A DNA stretch of 64,000 nt from Octopus sinensis (lineage: Eukaryota), in the NCBI RefSeq assembly GCF_006345805.1, contig NC_042999.1:141794001-141858000 (forward strand). The letters run 5' to 3'. Below, piece by piece: positions 1 through 14,412 of the stretch (positions are counted from its first letter, which is position 1; every line of letters starts with the position of its first letter). Under the pieces are notes generated by a model. It searched no databases. It saw only the letters and a list, made by a program, of their open reading frames with translations, and was not told the origin of the DNA. Both the position numbers and the translations under genes were made by a program.

Positions 1-545
1 CATGAATTGTGGTTTGCTGCAAAGGAATATACATACACTAATGCAGTACATTAAAAAAAAAGCAAAATATTTTGACATTTTCTGATTCATTGGAAACCTT
101 GCATCTCACCCACAAGCCATTGCATTAGTTATTAGCAACAGCTCCAGTACTGTCAAAAAAATTTTTTTAGCTATAATAGCATAAATGCTCCCAATACCTA
201 TGACAAATGTAAAAAGGTTTTGTCTTTAAATTAAGGAGTCAGTGCATGTTTGCATTTTTTCAAGTTCATCTTACATTCAGAATAGGAAGTATCTGGGTAG
301 AGCTAATGTTCAGCTTGGGTTTCTACTATTTAGTAGGGATAAATTCTAAAGCAGAATATTTAGATGAAAGGTGTAAGAGATTAAACAAAAGGGGATTGAA
401 GGGAAGAGAAGAGATGCATGCATCAAGAGGTAACAGTGTGATTACACAGATGGATGTAAGCTGAGGTCCTTGTCCCTGGTCCCTATTGACATTCTTTATA
501 GTGAGGCTATATTCAAATAATCTTTGAAAAGCATTTCAACTTTGA

Positions 546-665
<120 letters not shown>

Positions 666-701
666 TAAATTTCATTGTTAATTTGTTTTTTTCCTTTTCA
701 G

Positions 702-786
702 AGGACTCCTACAGAAAACAGGTTGTCATAGATGGGGATACTTGTCTGTTGGATATTCTGGACACAGCAGGTCAAGAAGAATACAG
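702..786 (+). CDS. Ras: Ras GTPase, alternative exon 2B ([29 protein letters not shown])
   Basis: Acceptor ttccttttcag, donor AG|gttggt, 85 nt, same phases as 2A. Canonical Ras effector/interswitch/switch II sequence except E49D. Confidence 0.95.
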
Positions 787-2779
787 GTTGGTTGCTGGGT
801 TAACACACACTCCTGCCCCGACATTCTTTAGCTTTTCAGCACCTAGCAGGCATGGTTGTTTTGTTTTTGTTTTTTCTTTCCCTCCCTCTACACATCATTT
901 CACCTTATTTTAACCACCCTTGTCCTCCTCACCTGTAAGCTATCATCTGTAAGTTTCTGGAACATTCAGTATTGTTCTTTATATTTTGTTGTTATCTGTA
1001 ACTTAATTGAAAATAACCCTCACTCCTATTCTCCTTTTTCACATTCAATCTATAAATCTGTTGTCTTCTACATCTTTGCTTTAACATTCAGTTTAACATC
1101 TCTTACTCATGCACACACACACACACACACACCCATGTACACACTTTGTTCTGTTATGATTTCATGTGTGCAATTTAACACTGAAGATTGTAAAGGTTGA
1201 TATCTTGCACCTTTTTTTTCTTGGTTTCATTGCTTTCTTAAAAACACCGTTTCAAAATATTGGTTTGCCATTTTACAAAAATAATTGTGTATTTTGGCTT
1301 TATACTTTGATATTACTTTTAATAGGTTTTGCTTTGTGTTTTATCATTTTTTTCATTGTCTGTTATATTTTCCTTCTTTTCATCCTTGTCATAGCTTATA
1401 TATTTTCCTTCTCATTTCCTCAATCCTATCACTTGCTTTTAATTTTGTATTGGTTTCTTGTAATTGACTTTGTTACTTTTTTTTTATATAAATCTTATTC
1501 TGCTATGTCTCCTAGTCAATCCTGCATATAGCACATTTAATCTAAAACGATTCAGGTAGGATTAAAATCTTTCACCTTAATTAGGTCAATGTTCCATTCC
1601 ATTTCTTTTCAAACATTATTTGAAGATAAAGAAGCTTTTTAAAATCAATCTTAAAAATTCAAACAAAATTTGATTTTTTTTTTTCCTTTTTAACTCCATG
1701 TTCTGTATTGAATATTGGTATTTTATTGATTCAATGATAAAAATCTTTTATTCTTTTTCTTATGACTTAGTGAGGTTTTTATTTTATTTTGTTGGAAATT
1801 CTTTTTTTTTTTTGCTGGATTTTAAAAACACTAACATTTTTACTTTTAATTAAATATGTACTATTATTATCATTGATTTTTTTTTTACACTTAATTTAAA
1901 AACTGAACAAACTTGCAATCTTCAAAACATGTACACATGCAGGCACACACAATGTGTGTATACATATAAAATGACTGATACAGTTGACATTCAGCAGCCA
2001 TCTGATAAAAATAACCAATCAACAAAACAATTGTTTTTAATTGAATCTTTGACTTTCTAACAATTGCCAGTTGCATAATGTTTAGATTTTGATTACTTCC
2101 TGTTAAGGTAGGAACTTTACCTGCCCTGACTAGGATAAATAGTAATTTTAACACAAGTTCTTTCCAGATAAGTTGATGAAATAATTTTAGTTTTTTAGAC
2201 ATAGATGTGTACATATTTTAATACTACACTGCTCTTTTTTTTAATGTTTCATCTCCTGACCCTATATTTTCTACTTCTTCCCACAAGAACCTTATGTCTT
2301 GCTGAAAAAACAAAACCTGTAATGCTGGGTAATTGATGAAAGTTAACAGGGAAACTTGTTTTTTATGTTGACAGCATCCTTGACTAAGATTTTGAACTAA
2401 ACAGTAATGTAAGGAAAGTTAACCAGATAACCATTTCAGAGCTTAAATCAATAGTTTTACTTTAAGTCATTTTATGTTGACATATATCTAAAAGGCTATT
2501 GATTTACTCTTTCTTGAAAATATATTCAGCAAACAATTCCTATGCTTTGTTAAATCCATATGTATAAATCCAAAGGAGCTTTATTGAATGTATATTTTAT
2601 AGATTGTGTTGTTTTCTTATTGCATTAAAGGGTCACCTTTGAAATCAGGTTTGGATTTTATTTTGTACTTTCTATGTTAGTAACTTGTGGTTAAATGCAA
2701 GCTGCTAATATTTGAATTGAATTTGGACATAAATGATAATTTTAGGTACCTTGGGCAAGTATCTTTTATAACCCTAGGC

Positions 2780-3060
2780 TGAATAATCCCTTATGAGTGA
2801 ATTTGGCAGACAGAAGCTGTGGAAGCCCGTCATGTATGTGTGTGTGTCTTTGTGTTTATGTTAGTTGATCACCACCATTTAACAACAGGTGTTGGTTTGT
2901 TTAAAACCTCCTTAACATAGCAATTCAGCAAATAGGTTAATACATTAAGTACCAGACTTAAAAGTAAGTACTAGGGTTGACTGCTTTGACTAAAGCCCTT
3001 CAAGGCAGTGTCCCAGCATGACCACAGCTCAGTGACTGAAGAAAGTGAAAGAAGATATTT
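2780..3060 (+). mobile_element. Degenerate SINE (57398 family), 3' part
   Basis: gtgaatttggcagac...ggcagtgtcccagcatgaccacagctcagtgactgaag. Confidence 0.65.
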
Positions 3061-4071
3061 GGTAGGATATGTAGACATATTAATAGTTGCAGACTTTAAA
3101 CAATTAATATAATAAAGGCAACATTCACAGCACAATTTAGTTTTAAATTTCTTTCAAAATAGAGATTAATATATAAATGACTTTTTTTTTAAGAGAGCAT
3201 GTTCTCACTTTTTTGGCATTAAATTGTGCACCAAACCAAGTACTCTGAATAGTGAATAAAATTTAAAATACATTTCTGTGGTTAAATAAATTACAATGGG
3301 CACAATTAATTTTATATACTAAGCTATAAGTAGAAAAGAATGCTGTTAAATTATTCAACGTAGCCAAGCTACTAACCAATTATCTCTCAACTAGCTTCTC
3401 ATCTTCGAAATGGAGAAGTTATATTTCAGATCAAAATCTTAGATTTAGCTGTTATATTAAGTCTGAGCAATTTATTTATAATGCTTTGTTGCTCAAAATT
3501 TTGATTTTTGTGCTTTTTTATTGCTGTTTTAATATATGGGACTGTTTTATAAAACTAGTCTCACATAGCAAGTGTTTGCTGGAAATAACACTGACATGAA
3601 ACAAGTATAAATTAGCTTTTTGGCAATCATTTTCAGTATTATGTGTATTTTATTTTTCTGAAGGGCTAGCCATTGAGGTTTAGATAAGAATATTACAGTT
3701 GAGTAGCACTTAGCTCTACTTTAGTAAAGCTATGACATAGAAGTATCCAATCAGATGCTGGATAGTAACCTATAAGTCTAAATACTGATATGTTTGGCAT
3801 GTTATTTTAGGATCAAACTTCAACATTTGAATAGATGACCTCTTGTGCCATCCTAAAATGTACAACTTGACTTTTCTAATACCCACCCACTTGTATTATA
3901 TTTTATTATAATCTCAATCCAAATTTCATTACATGGAAGGTCAGTCAGTTAATCAACATTCATGTAATATATAAATATAAAAAGTTACTAAAGCTCCAAA
4001 GTCTTGATTGTATTGAAAATTAAAATACGTAGGCAATCTACTTGTTAGAAACAAAGTTACAGAATGATTAA

Positions 4072-4268
4072 TGCTTTAGCATTTAAACTGGCTACATCCA
4101 GCCCAAATATTCTACCTGATTTATGGTGAAACTGACCTCTCACACCTATTTTACTATGTAATTTTTAAAATAAACAATCAGATCATTGAAATCTCAAAGC
4201 TACTAGATTAAACAATTTGATTCAATTTATATTACATTTGACAGAATAATCTGAATGCTACAGGTTTA
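4072..4268. mobile_element. piggyBac-type MITE, family 1, degenerate
   Basis: tttagcatttaaactggc...ctgaatgcta internal similarity to the 15867 copy. Confidence 0.6.
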
Positions 4269-5681
4269 CATGTATTTCTTGCTTTAAAGATGGTAAGGAA
4301 TTTGTTGAAATTTGTTCCAAATAGAACAATTATGTATCTAGAAGCGACATCACTTAGTCATTGTTGTATTAATTGTATCATGTGACAGTAAGTTCTCAGT
4401 GAATGGAAACCATGTCATGGTTTCAACTTGCACTTAAACAATTTGTGTTTGCTGAAGGTTTCAATGTTACAGCTTCCTGGCTTTCTTGTAACTAGGTTTT
4501 CAAATCATAAGTTTGGGGTTTTTTTTCCATTTTTGAATATATCCATTTAAATCTCTTGGATCTTGATTTTTTTTTTTTTTCTTTTAAAAAATTTTTTATT
4601 TGAATTTTGTTTTATTTGTGTAAATAGTTAATAGCTTAATAGTTTGAGCAAAGTCAAAGCTATTTTAAGAAATATCAAATTATCTTAATTAGCTGCCATG
4701 TTGAAATATCAGTTGACAACAATCATTAACATATTAGTCATTGTTCGGTAACTATTGATGAGTCACAAACCAATTAGTACCCATCATATTATTGTAGCTA
4801 TAACATATATTTCAGTTGCCATATCATATTAGAAATTCTCTATTAGGCTAAAATTCTTAAACTGGTCACTTTCATGTGATGTCTATCAATCAGTCTTTAT
4901 ATCCTTTAACCTAATTATTCTATTTTTCCTAATCAGTTTACTATCCATTTCTGTAAGCCATTCTCTTGCCTTTGCTGATTATGAATCTGCTTCTATCCTG
5001 CTTTTTTATATAACTATTTCTATCTTATCTGCATTACTTTCTTACATAAAAGTCAATTATTGACCCTCTGTTTTCATTTGCCATTTTGTTTCAAGAAAGT
5101 TTTGGTTTCTTCTTCAAAACCTTTCTACACACAGTTATCAGTCAGTCTATTGCAACAATATTAAACTTATAATATATATTTATATTAGAATGAATTTTTT
5201 TTGTGTATGTGTGTTTGGAATAGTTTGTAATAACTATGACATATCCCTTGAATGGGTGCAATACACCAAAGTCTAGCCAAGTAATATACAGTCCCTCCCA
5301 CCATGGACAAAAAGGAATATGAAAAAAAAGTAATTTACAAAAATAAATACTATATCTTCAAAAGCAGGAGTATAAAGTGCAGTCATCAAGCAAATCATGC
5401 TGTTACATTATGACATATAAAGCAATCCCATTTTTATATAAGTTGTGTAGCAAAGAAGGAAAACTGAAGTTAATTTAGAGATCTTTTGTCATTAGCATTA
5501 GATACTCAAAGAATGTAATGTAGTGGTATGCTATTTTGAGATAAAATATCAGACATTTTAAAAATTACCTCCCTACCTTCTTTTATTTGCCAATTAAAGG
5601 TTCAGCCTGCATTGTCAGACATTACACTTCAAGCTTCACAAACATAACTTGCTAACTTACTGATACAAAATCTTACTAATA

Positions 5682-5712
<31 letters not shown>

Positions 5713-5728
5713 CACACACACATATATA

Positions 5729-5765
<37 letters not shown>
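5682..5765. repeat. Compound (CT)/(TA)/(CA) microsatellite
   Basis: Visible dinucleotide runs. Confidence 0.9.
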
Positions 5766-5768
<3 letters not shown>

Positions 5769-5975
5769 CATTAGGTGAATAGTTAAACCATTATTTCAAA
5801 ATAGTGAAAACAGTAATATTGATTTAATATGAAGATTTAAATGTTAGAGATTTTGGATGTTATAAAACCGAAAAGAAAAAATAGACCAAGCCTCGATATG
5901 CTAAGTATGGCTATATGCTGAACCTGAAATGTGTGTGCTATTCACCATATTGTAATAATTTCACTACATTATTGA

Positions 5976-6400
5976 GGTAGAGGTGGCAAGCTAGTAGAAT
6001 TGTTACCATATCTGACAAAATGCTTAGCAGAATATATTTTTCCCAGTTCTTTTCATTGAGTTCAAATTCTGTCAAGGTTAGTGATACCGTTCATCCTTTT
6101 GGGATCATTAATATTGAGTACTATTTAAGTTTTGGGGTGAATTTAATCAACTAACCCCAACACCTAAAATTGTTGGCCTTGTGCCAAAATTTGAAACCAT
6201 TATTTTTATGAAACCAGTGAGCCAGCAGAATTGTTAGCACAAGAGACAGAATCTGGCATTTGTTCTGCCTCTTTATGTTCTGAGTTCAAATACTGCCTAA
6301 GTCAACTTTGCTTTTCATCCTTTCAGTGTTGATAAAATAAAGTACCAGTCTAGTACTAAGGGTGATGTAATTCACTTAGCATCTCCCCATATTTCATAAA
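5976..6400 (+). mobile_element. Two adjacent degenerate SINEs (56514 family)
   Basis: gagttcaaattctgtcaagg and gagttcaaatactgcctaagtcaactttg modules. Confidence 0.65.
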
Positions 6401-6417
6401 TGTAAAAGAACTTTGTA

Positions 6418-6605
6418 TCATCATCATCACCATTTAACATCCATATTCTATGCTGGCATGGATTGGATAGGTTGACAGAATCTATTGTATCCAGGACTGT
6501 ATTGTCCTCAAGTGTCTGCTTTGGCATGGTTTCCATGGTTGGATGCCCTTCCTAATGCCAACCATTTTACACTGTAGACTGAATGCTTTTTTTCATGCCA
6601 CCTGC
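6418..6605 (-). mobile_element. RTE 3'-end fragment
   Basis: (TCA)n plus reverse-complement family tail (ggatgcccttcctaatgcca). Confidence 0.75.
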
Positions 6606-8595
6606 ACTATTGAGCTCACCCTACAATTCACAAGACTGTGAGGCAAGGAGGCAATTTTGCAGTTTCACGTTAGGGGATGGGAGGATCACTATGAACAGGT
6701 GGGAGGTGCAGAGCAGGTTCTTGTAGAGAAATCTGCATGGTTATTCACATCCCATAGGGGGAAAGGGGAGAGAGAAGGATCAGTAGGTGCTGTAAAGGAT
6801 TGATAATGGTGTGTGTGTGTGTGTGTATTTTTGCTCAGAATGTTTTGCTCTGCAGAAGAGAAATATTTATAGTTTTCAGTTTTTCCCATAGTTTGGTGGA
6901 GAAGGGAGTCCTCCTCCATCCCCTTTTCCCCATATTGGTACATATAGATAAGCCAAGTTGGTGTACTTAATGTCCCATTAAAATCATATAAAATTATTTG
7001 CTGAAAAGAAAACATAGGTGGAAAAGAATTTTCAGTAAAATTCTGTTCTGAGAAATGTTTTGTACACATTTCAGGAGTGCTGAATGAGTTTTAATGCTAC
7101 TTTTTTAAAACTCTAGATCAGCTCTGGTCTAGCCTGTGATCAGATATGTTCCAGTCATGACCATTCCATCTTTTTTTTGTACATGTATCTAGGCTTACAT
7201 TATTCACTGTATTCTTTGGTTTTTATGAAGATAGGGTGTATGATTTGAAAATTTGAGTGCTATTTCAAACGAGTTGGCTTATGAGTTGAGAAATATTTAG
7301 GTGAAGGGTGGAGCAATTAGTAGTATTTGGCCAACAAGTTTAGATGAGCAGCTGCTCCATCTGCAGGCATGAGAGCAGTATCCTGGTAGAGGTAGATTAA
7401 CTCTAACTGTGATTAGTTTAGTTTTGTTTCTTTAATTAGAAACCAATGATTTGAAATACTAAAATGTTGAATTCTTTATTGAACATGTGAAATTTTGTTT
7501 GTTTTAAATCTCCAGCCATAATGACTAATTAAATACTCTTCAAAGCATCTCCTTTATTTTAGATGACCTATTTATTTCTGATCTTAAGAGTTAATATTAT
7601 TTTCTCCTTTTTGTTTTATATATCAATTACATGTCTGTTTTCCATATATTTTTATGTCTTGTTATGAAGATGTATTTATGAGAATAACTGAGCATGGTAA
7701 TCAATCAAATCATATAGTAAACAGTGAGTCATGTCCAGAATAAGTGATTGTTTTTAGCATATCTTCTAAATGCATTTTGATCAGTAACTGCTGCAACTGG
7801 ACACTTGAAACAATTCTAATTTGATTGGCTATATTGTTCACTGTAATAGATCCTGTGTGAAGATATAAAGTATAGTTCTCCTTTATAAGGGCGGAGAATA
7901 TTAAAAGTTTGTTTTTCTTTCCAAACTTCTTATATCTTCATTTGTCTTTTGATGAAGGTCTCTTCTTGAAATGTGACTTCTCACAGTATGGTGAATATTG
8001 GTGGCTTTAACTTGCAATACTGTACTAAATCTTCTTGAGAATTTTGAGGAAAGAACAATATTATTGTACTTGTTCTTTTAAGTCATCAATGGGAAACAAA
8101 ATCTTCATTTTTACCCCAAAACTTCTGGTAATGGGGCGTGGATTGTTTTCATAACACTTCTATATATCATTTTTTTAAAATATTTTTTTTTAAATGAACA
8201 ACTCCATTGTAATTGATCCATCACTTGTTAGCCATTGTGCACCAATATTTTATTCCCCTCTTTCTTAAATTGCTTTTAACTAAAATAGCCATTTGTGTGT
8301 CATACTTAATGTATATATACCCTTGACAGGCAAAATACTTTGGTTTTTGTCCAAGATAAAATCTATGGATGTGCTGTTTTAAAATACACATATTTGAAGA
8401 GAGATGAAAAATCATCGTGGCAGAGATTGCAAGAATGTCAAATGCATTTCAGCCTTGTTGGGCCATAAGAGATTTTATCTAGGATCAAACCACAGTAACT
8501 TGCCTGTCATTGATGTATATATATTAAGTATGATACACAAATGGTTATTTTAATACTACTTCAACTGTATACACTGGATTATGCTTTTCAGTTAA

Positions 8596-8814
8596 CCTCT
8601 TAGCATTCAGATTATCCCGTCTAATGTAATGCTTATTTATTTGCATTGTTTTGAATTACCCATGGATTATCTCATAGCTTTGAGATTTCAATAATATACT
8701 TGTTTATTTTAGAATGACATTGTAGGGTAGGTGTGAGAGGCTGAATATAGCTAGCCTCAACATAAAACAGGCAGAATATTTGGGCCAGATATGGCCTGTT
8801 TAAATGCTAAAAAG
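8596..8814. mobile_element. piggyBac-type MITE, family 1, opposite orientation to the 15867 copy
   Basis: TTAA|cctcttagcattcag ... tttaaatgctaaaaag|TTAA. Confidence 0.7.
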
Positions 8815-10700
8815 TTAATTTTTATCCACAACACATTTTCACTTTTCTTTTTCTACTTTTCTCTTTTGTACTTAGCACTTTGTAATTCACCAAGTGTCTT
8901 TGATAAATGACTGAATGGAATAAGATAGCCAATCTTGATTAAATATTTTCAAAGAATTATATTCTAGGGATGTGAATCCTAAATTAACACCTTAAGAATT
9001 TTTCTATGTAAATGCTAATTTGATAGTGAGGCCAAGAAAAATCTACTGTTGGGATTTCAATCATATATCCATTTATTACTGAGTGACTGTATTACAATTT
9101 ACACTATGGTTAAATGCAAAGGTTAAATCTCTTCAGATATTTCAAATCAAAATGGAGTTAGAAATCTGACTCTGCATTGAACTAAATGCTAATAAAACTA
9201 AACCAATACTGGTGAAACATCTTCATACTTTTTGACAAATTACTCAGGAGACGGAAGAGTAGCATTCATGATCTCTGTAGGCTGTCCCAGACATATGAGA
9301 TTCATGCAGTTGACAGCCAGTCAGTACATCTGTAGAAAAAAATGTGGGTGAATACATGCAAATAGGTAAACTTTGCTAAAGGCAACTGAGTAGCAGTGTT
9401 AAATCAGACAGCATGTTAATCCTACAATTCATGATTTCTTGAAATAATGTGACTTTAAAGTAGACATCTTGAAAGTTTTGTTTATAAATTTCAACCTGAG
9501 TATTCTTAGGCAACTTTCAGTTTCCTGTTCTGTAACTATGCTGAAGTTTCAACAAGGATGGAATTTGCAACCAGTAAAAACATTGCTTGCTTTTCAGTGT
9601 TTGTTTACTTTTACAACAAATTAGTCAACAAGGTAGCTTCTAGTTGGCAGTATAATTGGCACATAATATATTTAAAACTAAAAATTTACTAACTGTCATT
9701 TATAAAGCAGTTAAGTTATTATACTCCAGATGCTAGTACAAGAATTGCTATATATGTAGGAAATCTTTTCTATAATAAACCTAGTTACTGAAGCATATCA
9801 CCATCACTATATGAGTAGCCTATAGGCTGCTGCTAGAAAGTGTCCTACTGACCTATTTGTCAAATTGAGATGGGTTACTTAAAAACTTACCTGTTGATGA
9901 AGCTGCTGAATAACTGGTAGAACATAGCAAACTATAGTGTATAAAGAGGAATACATTGATAGTTCAAATCATCTTTAGTGTTTACTGTTGTATTTATCTT
10001 TTGAGAAGATATTCTTTGCTTTTGACTCTTTGCTCCTATTGTCCTTCTTTTACATCATAACATGAAACATGAAAAAAAACTAATGTTTGCTACTAACCAC
10101 CAAATAGTATGTTTTAGTTTTCTGTCTTCCTTTTTCTCCTATTTCAAATACCAAAGCAACAGAGTCCAGTCATTTAACCTTTCCAAATGTTCACTGGAGT
10201 TAAATGCAGTTTCACTACCAGGATAACTAAATTGTTGGCTGTATAGAGATTCCACTTTCATAAAAAGTTTCCAGACAGAATATAGAGAAATCGTGATGAT
10301 ACAATTCTTTTAAAGAACTCTTGCTTACATATGTCTAATCAAAGAGTGCTTGTCTTTTTTTTTTAATTTTATAATTCTTTAGATTGTTGTTAAGCCAATC
10401 AATTGGCAAAATTAAGTGATGGACAAATACCTTGTGGTATGTGTTTACATTCTAAGTTCAAATCTTACTATGGTCAACTTTGTTTTCATCCCTCTGAGGT
10501 TGATAAAATACAGTATCAGTCAAGTTCTTGGTATGATGTAATTGTCTAACCCCTTTCTCCTCAAACCTGCTGGCTCAATACTTAGATTAGAAAGTTATTC
10601 TTTATGGCCAGTAATGAAAGCAGAATCTGTAATCCTGACAAGCTCTTCTAGAGGAAGTTGCTAAAACAGTTCTTTCAGCAATTTATTATTATTTATAGCA

Positions 10701-11648
10701 GCTAGAATAAGAATAGCCTGGGCAAAGTTCAGGGAGCTCCTACCTCTGCTGGCAACTAAGGGCCTCTTGCTCAGAGTAAAAAGTAGACTGTATGATGCAT
10801 GTGTGCGAACTGCTATGCTACACAGCAGTGAAACATGGGCCATGACTGCTGAGGATGTGTAGGCTTGAAAGAAATGAAGCTAGTATGATCTGCTGGATGT
10901 GTAATGTTAGTGTGCATACACAATAGAGTGTAAGCACTCTAAGGGAAAAGCAGGGTAGAAGAAGCATCAGATGTGGTGTGCAAGAGAGACAACTGCACTG
11001 GTATAGTCATGTGTTACATGTGGATGAGGACAGCTGTGTGAGGAAGTGCTGTGAAAGGAGTAGACCCAAGAAGACATGGGATGAGGTGATGAAGCATGAC
11101 CTTCGAACATTGCGCCTCACAGGCAATGACAGGAGACCAAGACATATGGAGATATGTTGTAATTGAGAAGACCTGGCAACTAAAGTGAGATCGCAGCCAT
11201 GCATGTCCAGCCCAGTTAAGAGTACTCTTAATGCGTCAGGCGATATGATATGCTTGAGAAGACCTGTTGAGTCAAGTAAAACCAATACTGTATCTGTGGC
11301 CAGTGCCCCCTGATTGGCTTCTGTGCCGGTGGCACGTAAAAGGCACCATATCCGAGCATGGCTTATGCCAGTATCTCATGACTGGCCCCTGTGCCTGTGA
11401 AATGTAAAAAGCACTATCCGAACTTGATTGATGCCAGGCCCACCTGACTGGCTCCTGTGTTGGTGGCATGTAAAAAGCACCCACTATACTCTGAGTAGTT
11501 GGAGTTAGGAAGGGCATCTAGCTGTAGAAACATCACCAGATCATATTGGAGCCTGGTGCAGCCACTGGCTCTCCAGACCTCAGTCAAACTGTCCAACCCA
11601 TGCCAGAATGGAAAACGGACGTTAAACGATGACGACGACAATGATGAT
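10701..11648 (+). mobile_element. Degenerate RTE LINE 3' fragment
   Basis: RIAWAKFRELL-like start, SETW, RPKKTWDEVMKHDLRTL, family 3' tail. Confidence 0.9.
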
Positions 11649-11744
11649 TACTTATTAAACTCACCAATATTAATAGTTGTCTGTCATATAACATTGGTGA
11701 CCATCAAATGTAGAGCTGGTTTACAAAAATTGCAGAAGTCTACC

Positions 11745-11746
<2 letters not shown>

Positions 11747-11783
<37 letters not shown>

Positions 11784-11793
11784 ATATATATAT

Positions 11794-11824
<31 letters not shown>

Positions 11825-11832
11825 AGTGTGTG
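11747..11832. repeat. (TA)n microsatellite
   Basis: Visible run. Confidence 0.9.
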
Positions 11833-13029
11833 TGCCAGTGTAAAAATACTTTGTGATACTTAGATTCCTAAAGGAACATAACTTATAAGTAAACTTAGCT
11901 ATTAAATAATAGGCTATGGTCAGTATAATTTAAAATTCCTTGAAGCTGGTGCTCAACATGGCTGCAGTCAAGTGACAGAAACCAGTAAAGCAAAGGATGA
12001 GTGAAAGCTGATACATCTTTGAAGCATAAGTTCCTACCATTTCACTTCATTTGTTTTCAGGTGGGTGGGGGAGAATGGAATTACTAACTACAATTATCAT
12101 CTTTACAGCTTTTATAGTTACATCCTTGGCAAAATTAATTCCAACATCCTACTATGTACTATTGCATTTCTCTTGCTCATAATTTCCTTGCCTCATAAAA
12201 ATTCATTAATTGGTCCTTTCACATTTATTAATTTGAACAGCCATTAGCATACATATTTCTTTCGAGATCCTATAAAACAACTCACCAGAGATTTTACATG
12301 ATCCAACTTGGAATTGCTCATAATATTTATGTTGAGATCTTCACTAAATCTCATTACAACACAAGATATTCTAATTGATAAAAGTTCTATTATAGTTCTA
12401 TGTAAGAAACTTATATTTAATTATAATCTAAACAGCAGCATAATATAGCATTAAATTTACTAATTTTCTTGATCTTAAAAATTAATTGAAAACACAGGCA
12501 GTTTGATTTTGTTAAGGACATATCTTCGTATATATGTGAGGTCAAGATACATGGAGAGCTGATGTATTGCAGTTTTATCCAATACATGACCAGAATAGAT
12601 AGACATTAAAATGCTGATCATGTTAATCAAGAGTATCTTAACTATTATCTATATGACTTCAATTACAGAAAATTAATCTTGGTTGATTAGTGAAGAACAA
12701 CAACAACAATCAACATTTCTTACAAGCCTGTATAATATATAGTTAAAGTGACATTTGCTACCGCTCTCAATAACTTACTTTTTCATGCATCCAATGTTTT
12801 GTATACAGTTAATTTGACATCATGAAGATGCATAGCCTAGCAGTCAGGGTATTGGACTAATGGTCAGGAGTCATGGGTTTTATTCCTGGGTCCACAATTC
12901 AAGGTAACATGAACAAGACACTTCATTTCATGTTATTTCAGTCTATCCAGCTGAAATGAATGTTAGCCAGCTGATGGTGTAGCTTTCTCTCCTTCCAACT
13001 GACATGGCCTAAGTGACTAAAACAATTAG

Positions 13030-13952
13030 TGAAAGTATAGTAAAGTCCCTTGCTCTATCTTATTAAAACACTATCAAAGACAATAATGCAATAACTTTTG
13101 AAGCAATACAGTATATTTTAAATTTAGAATTGATTTTTAATATAATTTATTTACCTAAGTTTTGACATCATCATCTTTGAAAGAGTCACTTTGCACAGCA
13201 ATACACCAGTCCCAGCATTCCTGCCACTTTTGGAATCTGGCCTGGAAGTCATTTTCCATAAGCAAGTCGAGGACCTTCTGTGATTCACATTAAATCCTGA
13301 CAATGGTGTTAAAACAGCAACCTTTCAGCTGCATTTTCATCTTAAGGAAGAGATGGAAGCCCACAGGTACTAAATTTAGTGAATAGGACAGGTGTGGAAG
13401 TGATACCATGTTGTTTTTGGTGAGAAACTCACGAGTGAAGAGAATTCAATGACAGAGTGCATTGTCCTCAGGAAGAATCCAATTCTTCATGCTCTACAGA
13501 TCCAGTCGCTTTCACTGAACATCCTCCCTCAAATGCTTCCGCACATCGTTGGTTATCTTTCGATGATCCTCATGCACAAACTGATGAATTTTCTCTACAT
13601 TAACAGGGGTGATGCTCGTGGCAGGTCTTCCATATTGCTCATGACCCATTGCCTTGTCACCATAAGCTTGCCAAAGTGTGCTCAATGTTTCTGAAGCAGA
13701 CTTCCCAAGTTTAATGCAAAATTTCCTGTTTGCTCTTTGTTCCAGCATTGTGTCCATGACGAAATCTGTAGACTACTGCATATACATGATCACAAAGATA
13801 CAAATTTCACAACTTAGGAAGTAAACAGAAAGATGTTACTCGGCACACTGCCTCATGATGGTCACTGCTAGCTCTGACTGCATCCACAACCGTGTGCTAC
13901 CATCTGTTGGTATGCTACAGAACTAGTCCAGGAACTTTCTGATACCACCTTG
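13030..13952 (-). mobile_element. Internally deleted mariner
   Basis: EQRANRKFCIKLGKSASET and GRPATS motifs; TIR caaggtggtatcagaaagttcctggact with flanking TA at 13953. Left end approximate. Confidence 0.8.
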
Positions 13953-14271
13953 TACATCAGTATGATCCAGTTCCTTTGTACTGCACTTTTAGACTATTAT
14001 TGCCGCCTAGCTTTTCCAGTCGCAGCCATGTTAGCAATATTATTACTCAAGAATCGTTGACAGAATCATTAGCACATCTAAGTACTTTGCTGTAGTTTAT
14101 TCCCTTTACTTTTCAACCACCTGAAGTCATTAAGATAAGATAATAGGGTCTATGTAATCTACTATATTCCAAATTTGTTTTTTGTACCTGTACTAGAAAT
14201 AAATATGTATTTTATATTGGTAATTTTTCTTTTAATTTGTTCTGCTAGACAGAATTTCTTACCTTTTACTT

Positions 14272-14316
<45 letters not shown>

Positions 14317-14412
14317 ATATGTGTATGTATGTGTATGTATGTATGTATGTGTATGTATGTGTATGTATGTGTATGTATGTGTATGTATGTATGTATGTGT
14401 GTGTGTGTGTGT
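14272..14412. repeat. Compound (TA)/(TATG)/(TG) microsatellite
   Basis: Visible run. Confidence 0.9.
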
